From positions 21,514,001 through 21,578,000 of the forward strand of contig CM022665.1 of the NCBI GenBank assembly GCA_012295275.1: DNA of 64,000 nucleotides, written 5' to 3'. Below are positions 12,650-47,866 of the stretch, piece after piece. Source of the stretch: Chrysomallon squamiferum (lineage: Eukaryota; Animalia; Mollusca). How positions within the stretch are numbered: position 1 is the first letter of the stretch; every line of letters starts with the position of its first letter. A program made the translations under genes and the position numbers. Below the pieces are notes generated by a model. It was not told the DNA's origin and searched no databases. It saw only the letters and a program-made list of their open reading frames with translations.

Positions 12650-15600
12650 TTATTAGAAGTACCTACCAAATATATTTAATAACTACTTATACGTGGATGC
12701 ACTTTCTTACGTAAAACTTAAAAACGTAATTAAATATCATCAGTAAAGTGAGACACAGTTTAATGTTAGAGCAATGTTCATGTTAATTATTACTAGTTAG
12801 ATTATTATGATTCTATATTAGAAATCTGTGACGCTGTTGTCAGTTATTTTATTAATATCTATGAAGTTTGTCAATATTTAACAGTACTGTATAAACAAGA
12901 TTCCATCTCTGCTAAATAATCTCACACAGGTAGCATAACATCTAGATATGAGGACGATATTTATTGAACGATATGTGTCACGCAAAAATCAGGGCAGGGT
13001 CCTGTAAGCTACTGAAATTACGAGATATCAATAGTTTAATGCTATACTGATTTACTGGATGTATAGGCAATTATTTCTTTGTTTCACAGGAATAAAAATA
13101 ATAAACATCTTAAAATTTTTAAAATTAACCTCTGTGGAGTGTGGTTCATAGTGTTATGATTTTACATTAGATGTGATGCAGTTTTAACTAATTTTGTTTA
13201 AATGTATCTATTATATTCATGATTTATCTTGCCAATTTAGAGTCGAAATTATGAGTTGTAAGGATGAATTCTTCTAAGCATCCACAGACGACTTCGAGAT
13301 AGAAAACTGAGTTTTACGATACATCAAATGAGCTCCGTTTGTTTAACAGAAACAACTAAATGTTAAAGAATCCCCTCAGTTCATATAGCATTACGAAGGG
13401 TGACTGCAAATTTCGTTCTAATAAAACGAGGGTCACTTGTTACATAAAATATGAAACTAAAGTAACAAGGTTTAATCATGTAATATATTTATTTGTTACT
13501 ACTTTCTGTGTTTTTTCATCAAATTTCGAAAATTATTAGATTTACAAACTTTGTAAAACTAAAATTTAAATTTTATATATCTTCTATTAATTTACCTATT
13601 ATACCTGTAATTTCATCAAAATAAATAAAAATAATATGTGTTAAATTAACATCAGTTTATAGTTGTAAGAAAATTACTATTTTTCATCTATTATATTCAT
13701 GTAATAGTCATTCATATTAGAAACATGCACAAAGTCACAGACAGACAAACTATTTGACAACGAAAGCAGGACATTAATTAGAATGCAAAAATAAAATTTA
13801 AATTTTACATACCTTCTAATGTTATGTTTTCAACTGGTGAACAAGTCTTCTTTGGCATGATTAATGTTAGTTCACGGGTTAAACTTGTAACTTTTCAGAA
13901 AAATAAATAAAAATAAAATGTATAAAATTAACATCAGTTTATGGTTATAAGAAAATTATTATTTTTCATCTATTATATTCGTGTAGTAGTCGTTCAGATT
14001 AGAAAAATGCACAAAGTCACAGACAGACGAACTATTTGACAAGAAAACCAGGACATTAATAAAACTCCGAGGTTACCTTTTACGATAAGTTTTGAAACAA
14101 GGAGGTGAAGGAGACATCTGTATGACTTGCAATAATTCGAAATTATTGACAAACATTCACTAATTCAAATACATTATAGACGTTGATGTTCGTATCTTTA
14201 CTGAAACGTATGAATGATATAAAATCAGGGTAGGGTCCTGTAAACTACAGAAATTACGAGATATCAATATTTTATTGCCATACTGATTTATTGGATATAT
14301 TTGATGTATAGGCAATTATTTCTGTTTCACAGGTCTTCTTATATATATATATATATAAAAACTTGTTTACGATTGTAAAATAAAAATGATTAATTTTATA
14401 AGAATCACGTTATCAGTTACATTTAGCAAGATGTAAATATACCTGATGACTGAATGTTCGTTTCTATCTGTTCCACCTGCTTACGACTTGGCTCTGTAAG
14501 TTCTGTAATATAAAATTAAAATAAATATTTTAAAATTAATATTTGTGAAGTGTGGTTGATCACACTGTAATGATTTTACATTAGAAATATTTTATGCAGT
14601 TTTCACTAAATTTATTTAGATGAATTTATTATATTCATGATTTATCTTGCCAATTTAGAGTCGAGATTATGAGTTGTAAGGATGAATTCTTCTAAGCATC
14701 CACAGACAACATCGAGATAGAAAAGTGAGTTTTACGATACAAAATACAATAAGTGTTTTTCCATACCTGCAAATAACTTTGTCGGAAACAGAGCTTTGGG
14801 ATTAAGCAAATGGTGTATCTTTCAGTACTAATAATTAAAATAATAAATAAAGAAAGAAAGAATAAAATTAAATTAAAATTTACGATTCTCCTCAAATCAG
14901 ATATCTTTGCGAAAGGGGACTATGCAGATTACATTTTAATAAAACAAAAGTCACATTTTACATAAATTATGAATCTAAACTAACAAGGTTTAATCATGTA
15001 ATATATTTATTTCTTACTACTTTCTGTGTTCTTTTATCATTTTTCGAAAATTATTAAATTTACAGACTTTGTAAAAAAACTAATTAAAAAATTGTACATA
15101 CATTCTATTATTTTACCGATTATACTTGTAATTTCTGAAAAATAAATATAAATAAAATGTATAAAATTAACATCAGTTTATGGTTATAAGAAAATTATTA
15201 TTTTTCATCTATTATATTCATGTAGTAGTCATTCAGATTAGAAAAATGCACGAAGTCACAGACAGACAAACTATCTGAAAATGAAACCAGATCATTAATG
15301 AAACTCCGAGGTTACCTTTTACGATAAGTTCTGAAACAAGGAAGTGAAGGAGACATCTGTATGACTTGCAGTAATTCGAAATCACTGACAAACATTCACT
15401 AAAAACAGACCCCATAAAACATACTTTTTACTGAATTTACGAAACAAAAGTAAAAAAGATTAATTTCATTGGCAATCACTTTATCAGTTACGTTTAGCAA
15501 AGTGTATAAATAATAATGTTCCTGATGTAAATTTCATTAATTAACGTTCCTCTCTTTCATTGCCATGTCAGTATGTTAATAATACGATACATATAATTGC

Positions 15601-15850
15601 TTATTAGAAGTTACTCTCTAATTTATTTAATAACTACTCATTCGCGGACGTACCTTACTAAGTATAATTTAAATACATTAATAAATAGTTATGTCATCAG
15701 ACAAGAAAGTAAGGTAAGACAGTTTAATCTTACAACAATATTCATGTTAATTATTACTAATTGGATTATTATGATTTTATATTAGAAATATGTGACGCTG
15801 TTACCAGTTAGTTTAATCTTAGAACAATTTGTGTTAATTATTACGTTTTA
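12650..15850. repeat. Non-coding tandem segmental duplication, ~1.3-1.5 kb period
   Basis: AAAATCAGGG(C/T)AGGGTCCTGTAA at ~12985 and 14221; GATTTATCTTGCCAATTTAGAGTCG at ~13221 and ~14639; AAAGTCACAGACAGAC-like block at ~13731, ~14013 and ~15253. Confidence 0.85.
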
Positions 15851-16904
15851 ATATATTAATGATTCATGTCGTGAATCTAGAGACGAGATTTTGTGTTTTC
15901 TTAAACAGCAAGTACAAATGAATACTTCTTAACATCTACATATATGTTGATGATGTTACTGCTCATTTACGTTTTAATGCGTATAATCCCAGACATATAT
16001 ACACAAACTTTATGTTATCAGTCATAAAACTAAAGTAACAAAGCTTAATATCAGAAAAATCGAAAATTATTCTATAAATAGATCAGAGTTTCTGTATTCC
16101 TCCACTGTTTCTCACTCTGTCTTTCATTCGTTCATCTGCTTTAGCAGTTTCTAAATTTAAATAAAATTTAATTTTAGTATAATTGTTCGGGAAAAACTAG
16201 AACGTGTTCCATTTGTACACAAACTGATTCTATTTTGACATCAAGAAATAAAGTATTATATACTACTCATCTAGTCTGTTGAGGATTTGATCTTGATCTA
16301 CAAGTATCAGAAGTTGAGATGTGGAAATTAGAGAGAATTTTAATAGAGAATTTATTTGTACAGTTACAAGGTAGACTGTAACCTCTATGACACTAAAACG
16401 GTGGCTAGACATATGGGTGTTTGGTCAATAGTGTATGGGCGGTTAAGGCACTGGATTTCATCTATTATAGTAATAGTTGCCTCCCGCTTGAAGTATTGCT
16501 GTCTCCGGCAGTATCTTCCTCCTTTGATATTTTTCCCTTTCCCTTCTTATTATTTTCAAACTTCTTCTATCATTTTTTTTCTCTCTCTTTTTTCTCTCCT
16601 TTTCTTCTCTCTTTCTTTCAGTCTTCTGTTATTATCACTAATTTAATAAACTAAATACATTGTTTACCGCTGAGCTGTGGACCAAGCTACAAACAACCTA
16701 AAGTGAAACTGTGCAAGAATCTTAAAGTTACTGGAAATCATAACTCACCAACAAAACCAACGAATAACACGCAGTTTGACCTTAGTTTGCTCGATGTATA
16801 TTTTAACATTATCAGCTATTTTGATATTAATAACTTATCTGATACACTATGATATAATGAAATAAATAAATAAATAAATAATATTTCAGGTAATATTTTC
16901 GTCC

Positions 16905-19000
16905 GTACAAGTTTCAGTTTCACAAAAGAAAGAAAAAACAGGAAAATATTTTATAACGTTAGCAACAAAAAGCTAATAATTTTAAACATTTGTCTTAACA
17001 CATACTCTGTATACTCATAACTATTATTAAAAACGATATTGAAGAAGTGTGGAGACACAAAATTATCGACATTTGTTTCTTTTAAGTTGCTGCTCGTAAT
17101 AAATATAAAAGAAGGTTGTTTTATGTATTATCTGAAGATAGTAAAACAAGTTAAAACCTTATTACTATTTCAAAAATAGACAAGAAAAACTGTTATTATC
17201 TTTGTAAATTTACATAACGTAAACAAGGTAGTAATATTAAAATCTCCTTCATACATTTAAAAAATATAGATTTATTTACAGACATAAATATTTACTTACA
17301 GACATAAATTACTAGATAGAGAAACCTGTTATTAAAATGTTTTTAAACTGATATAAATAACTGATCAAATTATTTCTGTAAAGAACAGTTCAGATACATC
17401 GATCTATTAAAAACAGACAACAAAACATATCAGGGTCGTCACTCTGTCGTAACGATCACGTGACTCAAATTACGTGTACAAAGTGATATAAATAAACTAG
17501 GCCACTTTTCACTGAACCACTGATAAGAAAAAAAATCATGATACAGCAAACAAACATTATGTTATTTTATATTATGTTATGTTATGTTATTTATTTATTT
17601 ATTCATTTATCTATAATTTGTAGAATAGATAAATATAAATATTTAATATTTTCATGTATATTATACTAATTTGCCGTGTATAAAAATAATAACATTAAAA
17701 TATATTACTTTAATTACAGTAAAAATAAACTAATCTTTGTTATTATTACAGCTATTGCAGTTTATTTTCTTTGAATACTTTTGTTATTAAACAGAAGTCA
17801 ATTTGGAATCTTTGGATTTTCCTGTACATTGTCCATAAAATCAATTCTGACACGAATAAAACTGATCTAAATGGTAGCACAATAACAAGAACAGATTATG
17901 TATGATATTCTGTATTTACAGAGCCCACTTGCAAAACTAACTTTTTATATTGTGTCTAACAGCAGCTTTTGTTAACGCCCAGTAAGAAAATGTCATATTA
18001 AAAAGACTTAGAAAATGTTTATTGAAATCTGGGTACGTTTTTTTCAAGCATATAGGAAACTTATATTCAAGAACGTGTGTCATGTAAATGATATACTTAA
18101 TTGTTATTTAAATAAAATATGTGCATTTTTTTCGTAGAATAAAATATAATTAATTCAGAAAGATACATATAAATAAATAAACAAAACTAAATAAAATAAT
18201 TAATTAAATAAAATTTATTTAAAAAAAAAATGATCAGATGTTTTCTACGTTTTTAACTTAAATCTTGTCATGCATGGTAGAGGTTTCAGTTTCACAAAAG
18301 AAAAGAAGTATACAGAAATATTTTATAATGTTAGCAAAACAAAGCTAATAATTTTAAACATTTGGTTTAACACTTACTCTATAGATTCCTAACAATTACT
18401 GAGAAAGATATTAAAGAAGTGGGTGACACAAACGGGTCAATATTTGTGACCTTTTCGTTATCGCTCGTAACAAATACAAAAGAATGTCGATTTGAAGATA
18501 GTCAAATGTGTTAAAACGTAACTGTTATTTCAAATGTTGGTCCTGTTATTCATCTCTTCAACTAATCCAAGGTGCATTTTTCGTAAGTGTTTGCATTGAA
18601 TAAAATCGACCAGAAAAGCTTCGATATTTGCTATAAAACTTACACAAAGTTAAACAAGGAAGTAAAGTTAAAATCAGTTTCATATATTTGAAAAGTACTA
18701 GAATATTTACAGACATAAACATCTGATTACTGGATGAAGAAAACTTATTAAAATCTTTATAAACTTACATAAATTCCTAATCGAATTATTTATGTGAAGA
18801 ACAGATCCAACACATCGATCTATTAAAAACAGACAACGAAACGTATCTGTGTCCTCACTACGTCGTAACGACCACCTGACTCAAATTACGTGTATAAAGT
18901 GACACAAACTTGGCGACTTTCCATTGAACCGCTAATAAGAAAAATATCATAATACAGGCAACAAACATTGTTATGTTATGTTATGTTATGTTATGTTATG

Positions 19001-19039
<39 letters not shown>

Positions 19040-20039
19040 TTCATATATCAGTAATTTGTTGAATAGACAAATATAAATATTTTAATATTTTCATGTACAT
19101 TATAGTAATTTGCCACTTATAAAATATAATATTAAAATATATTATTTTCATTACAGTAAAAAACATTAATATTTATTTATATTACAGTTATAGCAGTTTA
19201 TTTTCGTTGAAAACTCTTGTTATTAAACAGCGGTCAATTTGGAGTCTTTGGATTTTCCTTGACATTGTCCATAAAACCAACTCTGACAGAAATAAAACTT
19301 ACCTAAATGGTAGCACATAAAAAAACTGATTCTGTATAATATTCTGAATAAACAGTCGACTTGCAAAACTGTAAATATTTCATTTTGTGTCTAACAGTAA
19401 CTTTTGTTACCGTCCTGTGAAAACTGGTGAAAGGTTTCAGTGATACCCTCGCATAAATAAATAAATAAATAAATAAATAAATAGTCTATCTTAATTATAA
19501 GAAGATACCAGTAGAATTTCATCTGACGATTTTCTCGGATGCCTCTTAAACCAGTTGAGATGATTCACAAATAAAACTGGTTTTAATGTAAAATGATAGA
19601 AAATATCTGGAGGTATATCTTGAAAAAAAAAAAAAAAAAAACAAGGAAAAAAAAAAAAGTAAAAAATTCCGAATTTTTCGACACTTTTCTTAAAACCGTG
19701 ACAAAAGAAATATTAAAAACAATATATTTGCAAAATATTACACAGAACAAAACAATCGGCAGGTATATTTTATTTTTGTTTGTTTGTTTGTTTGTTTAAT
19801 AGTTTGTTTTTACATTTTATTCTTAGATAACTGATTTATCTTATATATTTTATTGTAAAATTCTGAAACAAGTTTTCAGAAATCCCAATCATTTTCAGAG
19901 AATTAATGAAATCATTTTTCTTTCACTTGGATATTTGGTAACTTCATTAAAATCAGTATAGTCCATGACCTAGATATCTAAGTTTTGAGTTTGTGTAACA
20001 AACTGATGAAGATATCCAGTTTTCGTAAATAAATAATAA

Positions 20040-20082
<43 letters not shown>

Positions 20083-22700
20083 GTAAATTCATTAATTATT
20101 TTTTTTACAAAATAAAATAAAAAATAATAATAATAACAATAGTAGTAAAAATAAATTCAAAAATGTCAACAATTTTGACATTTTTAATTGAAATATTGTC
20201 AGGAATAGTAGGTCTTCAATTCTAAAAATAGAGCTTTCAGTTTTACGAAGGAGAGAAAGAAAAAAAAAATACTTTATAATGTTAGCAACATAAATCTAAT
20301 AATTTAAAATATTTGTCTTAACACTTACTTACTCTGTACACGTCTAACAGTTATTTAGAACCATATTCAAGAAGTGGGAGACACAAATCTTTGTGACCTT
20401 CTCGTTGTCGCTCGTAACAAATACAAAAGAAAATCAGTTTTCTCTATTACATGAATATAGTAAAACAGGATAAAACGTAATCATTATTTAAAATACTAGT
20501 TTTATTATTAAACCTTTCTTAAAACTAAATCCAAGGTCTATGCATGTTTCACATGAGCCAGTAAATTTAATAAAATCGACGAGAAAAGCTTCGTTATTAG
20601 CTGTGAAAATGTTAACAACGTTAAACAAGAAAGTAATGTTAAAACTGAATACATTTAAACAAATATCAGTATATATTTACAGGTATATTTACTAGAAACA
20701 GAAAACTGTTGTTAAAATGTTTATCAACTTAACTAAATTTCTAATCACTAAAATACATATAAACAAACAAACAAAACCAAATAAAATAATTTAAAAAAAA
20801 AAAAAATGAAATAAGTCCTGTATTTATTTATTTATTTATTTATTTATAAATCTCTTCTTATTATAAAAAAAAAAAAAAATAAAAAAAAAAAAAATTACCA
20901 AATGTTTTCCACATTTCTAATATAAATCGTCTTAGGCATAACAGATATTTCAGTTTCACAAAAGAAAAGAAGTATACGGAAATATTTTACAGCATTAGCA
21001 ACAAAAAGCTAATCATTTTAAACATTCGGTTTAACACTTACTCTGTAAACTCCTAACAATTATTTAGAAAGATATTAAAGAAGTGGACGTTACAAACGGG
21101 TCAGTATTTGTGACCTTTTCTTTGTCGCTCGTAACAAATACAAAAGATGGTCGATTTCTCTCCTATATGAAGATAGTAAAATGTGTTAAAATATAAATAT
21201 TTTGTTCAAACATTGCTCATGTTATTCATCTCTTTTAACTAAATCCAGTGTGCTTTTTACGTGAATGCTTGTACTGAATAAAATCGAACAGAAAAGCTTC
21301 GATATTTACTATGAAACTTGCACAAAGTTAAACAAACAATTAAAGTTAAAATCAGTTTCATAGATTTGAAAAATATCAGTATATTTACAGACATAAATGT
21401 ATGATTACTGCATGAAGGAAACTGTTAATAAAATGTTCATTAACTTTTTTAAATTCGTAATCACACTGCTTCTGAAAAGAACAGCTCAAACGCATCAATA
21501 TTTCACTTGTTTTTCTCGTATAATTATATACTCTATTCTCGAACGTTATTTTAGTCCGTTGTAAAACTAGAGGTTTCGATTTCAGAAAAGAAAGAATGAA
21601 CACGGAAATATTTCCTAAATGTTATCAAAATAAAGCTGACAATTTTAAATGTTTATCTGAAATCTCACTCTATACACGATACTGAAGAAGGGTGATAATA
21701 CAGATACTTCAGTATTTGCGACCTTTTGGTTGTCGTTTATAATAAATACAAAATAGGTTGTTTTCTCTGTTATCTGAATATAATGAAATATGTTAATAAA
21801 TATTTCAAACACTGGTCATGTTATTAAACTCTTTTCAATGAATTAAATCGAAGGTTTACGTGCGTATTACATAACTGTTTAAATCGAGTAAATTCGACGA
21901 GAAAAACTTCGTTATTAGCTGTGAAAATTTACACAGTGTAAACAAGGAAGTAATGTTTTTTATCAGTTTCATACATGTAAAAAATTTAAATATATCTACA
22001 GACATAAATGTGTATTTACAGACATAAATTACTAGATATAGAAAGATATTAAAGAAGTTATTAAAATGTTTATAAACTTACCTAAATTCCTAATCAAATC
22101 ATTTCTGTAAAAAAACGACTGAAACACGATGATGTATTAAAAAGAGATAACAAAACGTATCTGGGTCGTCACTATGTCGTAACAATCACGTGGCTCAAAT
22201 TACGTATACAAAGTAATATAAATAAACTTGGTAACTTTCCACTGAACCGCTCATAAGGAAAATTCTCATAATATTAGCAACAAACATTATTTTATTTTAT
22301 TTTGTTGTATTTATTTTTTTTATTTTTTTATTTACTTACCATGTTGCTGAGTACATTATATTTTATTCTAGTAAAAGTTAACTAAATATTAATAGTACAA
22401 TAACTAGGTATATTGTTTACATAGTAAACTTTCTTGTGCCTTAAAAAGACGAACTCAGATTTGAATAAACAAATTCTAAATATTGTTATTATAATATTAA
22501 TTCCATTACTTCAACTCACTCTTCATCAATCTAGAAAGAATTTCTGATAGACAAATATAAATTTTTGCGATATTTTTGTTTATGTTATACTCATTCGATT
22601 AATTTGCCACGTGTAAAATATAACGTTGTTAAAATATATCATATATTACAGAATAACTGATTCTGCATAATATTCTCAATACACAGCGTCCACCTTGATT
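16905..22700. repeat. Non-coding tandem duplication family, about 5 copies of a 0.7-1.4 kb unit
   Basis: TTTCAGTTTCACAAAAGAAA-like starts at ~16912, 18284, 20235, 20948, 21574; shared GCTCGTAACAAATACAAAAG block. Confidence 0.85.
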
Positions 22701-23629
22701 AGACTCTGAACTGTTTATGTTGTGTTACCTGCACTTAGAAAAATAACAGAAAAGGTTTGTTATAAAAAGAAGGAAAACAATATGAGAAACGTTTTATAAC
22801 TTAGGCGCAAACATTATTTATTTATGTATTTATATTTTCTTTTTTTCTTTTTCTTAAATACAGAGAAAGATGAACTTATGCTCTTATTTACATTAGTAAC
22901 ATTTCTAAATTGACTTTTGACTGAAAACTTCATTTCAACTAAATTTTCTAAGTTACAGACTGTTACCGCGTACAGACTCATTTTTTTTTTTTTTTTTTTT
23001 TTGTTTTTTTTTCTTTTTACTTATTTAACAAAGAATTAATAATAATAAGTTATTAAATTTCCACTCTCCTTCATCTTTTTTAAATTGACTAAAGTTTAAA
23101 TTTAAAAGTATAACCGAGAGGACCAAGTGGTAACTATTTTCTGTTACACTTTTTGTACATCAGATTGCTAGATAATAAGTCTAGTATAGCTTTTTAAAAG
23201 TTATTTTTTCTTGTTACTGATATTCTTTTTTTTTTTTTTTTATTTTAAAAGATTAGAATACAGTTTTCTGAATAGATCTTTTAAATCGTGTACTTTCAAG
23301 TTCTTAGTAATTTTTTGTTGTGATTTCAGATGGTTTATAGGTAAGTAAATTTGTATAGCTAGTAATCAAATTAAAATCGTCACATAACATATATTATTTT
23401 GTTGAATTGTTCAGTATTGTGTAAAATATGTAAAAAAAAAAAAGTTTGTTTAAATTAGAACTACATATATTCGCAATGGTATTCTGTCCTTATTATATGT
23501 ATTGCAATTTTAACTTGTTTTAAAAACATCGGTTAATTATTTTTCATTTCGACATTTCCTCCATCGAAAGAAATTTAAAAAGAAAGCCGAAGAACATAAA
23601 ATAAATACGTTTCTTGTCCAAGTATTAAA

Positions 23630-23683
<54 letters not shown>

Positions 23684-24351
23684 CACAAGAGTAAAGAAAA
23701 ATAAAAAATAAAGTAATTAATACGAGACATTTTTAGGGCAGAAAGGAAGTAAAAAGAAAATATAATAAGAAAAACAACAAACAAGCTAACTTCTTGGTCA
23801 AAGTTTCCTTTCCTCATATAATTTGTAATGTATAAAATAAACGGTTTTGACTGTAATTGTAAAACACTTAAAATAAACAAACAAACTAACAAATATATAA
23901 AGTTATCTGGCTTGGTCATGTAATTTAGAATATCACATGCATACGACATAATTACATATATTGAAATACATACATATTATACACACACACACATACATAT
24001 ATACATACATACATACAAACACACATACATAGGCCAAAATACACCCACACATACATACATAGGTACATACATATGTACGTATATTCATACAAAGACACAC
24101 ATACATATATACAAACATACATACTCACACACACAAACAAATACATACATATAGACATGCATACATTCACACATAAGCACGCATGCACACATATACATAC
24201 ATACATACATACATACATACAAATAATACTTTGTAATATATGTAAGGTAGATTGAGGGGTGGGGTCCAAGGATCAAAAGTATTAAAATCCAATGGTATTT
24301 CTGAGCTGATTTTATAGGAAAGTTATCTGATCTTAACATGAGCGCAATTCA

Positions 24352-24448
<97 letters not shown>

Positions 24449-26032
24449 ATTAATAATTATGATGGAAATGACATACAAATATATCATTCTACTGAACACG
24501 ACATTTTTATTTTTTCAAATTATTTTATTTCTTGTTAAAGATTTCTACAATGAACAACACTAAAATAATATTTTGTACAATTTATCATTCTGAAAATAAA
24601 TAGGATTTAAAAACAACCAAACTGTTCAATGAAATAAGTTGTAATAGTGTTATGCATAACGTGGTTGTTTGTCATAAAACTGTTCAAGAATTAATTCTAC
24701 CAGTCAACACCCTTGACTGAACACCAGTAGTTACCTTTATTATTGCTTTGAATACACTGCTGTATATATTTATAACCTATTACGTTAAAGTAGACTTCTA
24801 CTGATTTGAGAGATATACATTTCAGTGGGTCATGAATGCTTTGTACTGTGGGGTTTCGCATGTGAATCTGCATTCATTTCTTATAAATGTCTGTATGCTG
24901 TTAAACAAGTAATGGTTTTACTAGAGTGAACGCATGGCAATGCAGACCAAAAGCTTTAATAATAAAATATGATAACAGCAAAACAAATCCAGGTTATTCG
25001 AAGGAAGTTAAATCTTATACAGAAATGTAAAACACTACTCCTATTACCACATTTTTATACAGCTACAATACTGTACTGACAACGTCACCACCGACAACAA
25101 CAGCAGCAGAGAAATAAGAAACTTAAATTAGTTAAATAATGAAAACAATTAACAAGTAATTACATTTGATTAATTAAAGGATATTGCTTTCAACATTTTC
25201 ATTTTTTTTACTTTTCTAATAGAAGCAACACCAAGTTTTAATACAGAAATCTAAACCAAAAATTACATTTAGAATTATCGGAAATTTTCTGTCACGGTGA
25301 ATGGACGGACAAAACTGGATGAAAACTGGTGCAGAATTTTCTTCTAATGACTAGATATCTATTTTTTAAATTTTATACATTTGCAGACATATATACATAG
25401 GTGAGAACATTTAATGTTTTTCTTAAAACAGTGTGTGTATGGATGTATCTCAGTGAATGTGTGTTTATGTTTGCATGTATGTGCGTGTGTTTCTCTGTAT
25501 GTCGATACTTTAAATTAAAATATGTATCAAACAGTTTCAGTGTACAGTTTTAGAGTTTATACGATCCATATACACAGTATATATATATATATATAAACAT
25601 AGTTTTATCTGAATGTTTGTCAGCATGTATATCTCTGTATTGTGTGTACACTTTTATATATATAGGTACATATAAATGAATGTATGCAAATATGTGTGGG
25701 TGTGTATGTGAAGTAGCTATGCAGTGTGTATAGATTACAATTCGACAAACATCATATTTAAAATCAATGTTTATTTACTCACTAACAATCTGTAAATTTA
25801 CGTATTCAGTCTAATATTTTACTCATTAAATGGTATCCTTAAAAGAAAACAACGATATTAATATTACAGCAAACAACAACAATGTACATATTATGCGCCC
25901 CATAACCTAAGTATATATCTGTTAATGGAGATATATGTAGTAAACATATTCAGTGATGTAGCTGAGATATCTCCGATTCGTTAAGTCGAAAAACGTCATC
26001 GAGATATCTCCGGGATGTTACGTCCAGTGACG

Positions 26033-45589
<19,557 letters not shown>

Positions 45590-45889
45590 AACTATATAAT
45601 CCTCGTTAATCTCAGTCTAAGAAATAACTGATTAATTTATAATCTAGAAATGTATAGGTATTTAAAAAGTCCTCTTTTCTTTTCTGGAACCGTCACCGAA
45701 ACACGGACTTTATGTCTGCACGATCCAGGAATCTGTCGTTAAATAACCGCAGCTTTCATTAATAATTAAGTCTCCAACCAATCATTTCCATCGATGCAGG
45801 AATCTATTTTCGATCAGAGACAGAGAGCGAGAGAGAGAACTCTTCTGTATGGGAGTTATTCGAGCTCAGAGTGCCTACTTTCAGCGGCC

Positions 45890-45925
45890 AGTTTCCGCTT
45901 CCGGTACGTCATCAATTTATAAGGC
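45890..45925 (-). promoter_or_regulatory. Candidate TH core promoter: TATA box, CRE-like site and two ETS cores
   Basis: Minus strand TATAAATTGATGACGTACCGGAAGCGGAAA, ~330 bp upstream of the ATG. Confidence 0.5.
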
Positions 45926-46359
45926 AGACTTGACGACAATGATGAAAAGGCGTGGTAAACGTGACATTAACAGCAGATGAACGAAACGTACTTTTTTTTT
46001 TTTTTTTTTTTTTTTCTTCACATAAATCTTCACAGACGACTAATTAGAATGGTTTCGCCACATTTATCGCTTTAATGGACTTTGACATTTCGTCGACAAT
46101 GGAAGAAATCTAGCCACGAAGTTTCCAATAATCCATGAAAAAGTTGTGTCCACGAACTTATTGAATTGGCATTATACTGAAATAAAAATACAACAATATT
46201 TTTATGAATAGGGTAATCAATCGTACATATAAAATTGATCGAGAAAGAACTGAATAAAGATTTTTTTTTTTTCAAAACTAATGTAGTTTTACATGATAGG
46301 ATACAGCAGCAGTTCTCAAATGATAACAGAAATTTCTTGTTAATGTCAATTGTATTACC

Positions 46360-46810
46360 TTTACATATACATACATGGATACGTACATACATACTACCAA
46401 CATACATATATTCATACATACATATACATACACACATATGTACATAACTTACACTTATTCATACATACGTACACACATACTTATGTGTGTATGTATATAT
46501 ATATACTTACATGCACATACACACACGTACATATACAAACACAAAAACAAACACCGACATATACATAAAGACACTTATAAACAAACGCCTACATACACAC
46601 ATATATACACATACAAACAAACACATCAACATACATACACACACATAGAGACATACATACACACATACCCACATACAGGGTTGTTTTGATGGCCAAGTGA
46701 TAATGTCATCCGCCTTCGGAGTGAAGGCATCTGACGGGGTTTGTGAGGTCGTGATTGGACTTTGTCCTTCTGTGCCAGTGCGTTCCCGAATATTGTCTAT
46801 GTACAGTCTA
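46360..46810 (-). mobile_element. SINE-like dispersed repeat with (TGTA)n tail, copy 2
   Basis: Reverse-complement match to 30957-31125 with an internal deletion and the same type of microsatellite tail. Confidence 0.65.
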
Positions 46811-47445
46811 ACCAAACGTACTTAAAAAGAGAATATTTAAACCTAAATACATACGTACACACACATACATACATACTTTCACGCACACGAAAACAATAAA
46901 AGCATACATCTTACAGAAACACTGACACCTTTTCTAGATAATTATAAAACGAATCGTAACTACGAAACACGTTCAGACTCGGTAATAGCTGTTGACAGAG
47001 AGAAAAAAAATATGTATAATTAGTTACAGCGATGTTTCTTAATAAGCTGAAAGTAAACTCATTATTATTATTAATATTATCGGCACCGGTTAGGTAAGAC
47101 AATCTTGTAAGTTTTTACTTTTTATTATTAACAAGAAACGATAACTGCAAAGCCACAAATTGTAAATGTAGTACTTTTTGGTCGAGGAAGTAACTCAGTA
47201 TATTTTTTAGAGTCATCATTAAATATGTTTCATATGAAAAAATATTCTTAATATTTTCAAACTTTTGTTTTACGTGATTCTTGTCAAAGAGGATATATGA
47301 ATCCTAAATACTATTTGTATATATATATTTTTTTCTTTTGTATATTAACGTTTCTAATAATGAAATCGTCATAAAGTCAGTGATGAATCTTGGACATTTT
47401 CAATAGCAAAATTAATACTTGTGACATAAGTTAGTTGATAGAGAG

Positions 47446-47538
<93 letters not shown>

Positions 47539-47852
47539 TATGTTTTTTAGACACCCCAAAACACAGAAATACCAAAAGGTCATACATAACATATACAGAA
47601 AGGTCATATTGACACAAACCATGCACACATGTGACGCCAAGTCATGTATTTTTAATTACAGCACATAATGTGTGGTGAGACGAGCCGTTAATAAACTCTA
47701 TTGAAGACAAGATTTCAAAAGGACAGAATTACACCAAAGTGGTAATAAAATAAAGTTCAATCGTCGCCAGTAAATATTCGATTATTATTCAATATTCTTT
47801 TGTCAATACGGTTTCATCAAGTGATGAAATCATGGAACTAGTGGGCGTTGAA

Positions 47853-47866
47853 CGGAAATGACGTCA
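47853..47866. promoter_or_regulatory. Composite ETS-CRE motif upstream of TH
   Basis: CGGAAATGACGTCA in a locally GC-richer patch. Confidence 0.4.

Noticed and set aside
16410-16510. tRNA-like GGCGGTTAAGGCACTGGATT
   Set aside because: No B-box or cloverleaf; at most a decayed SINE fragment
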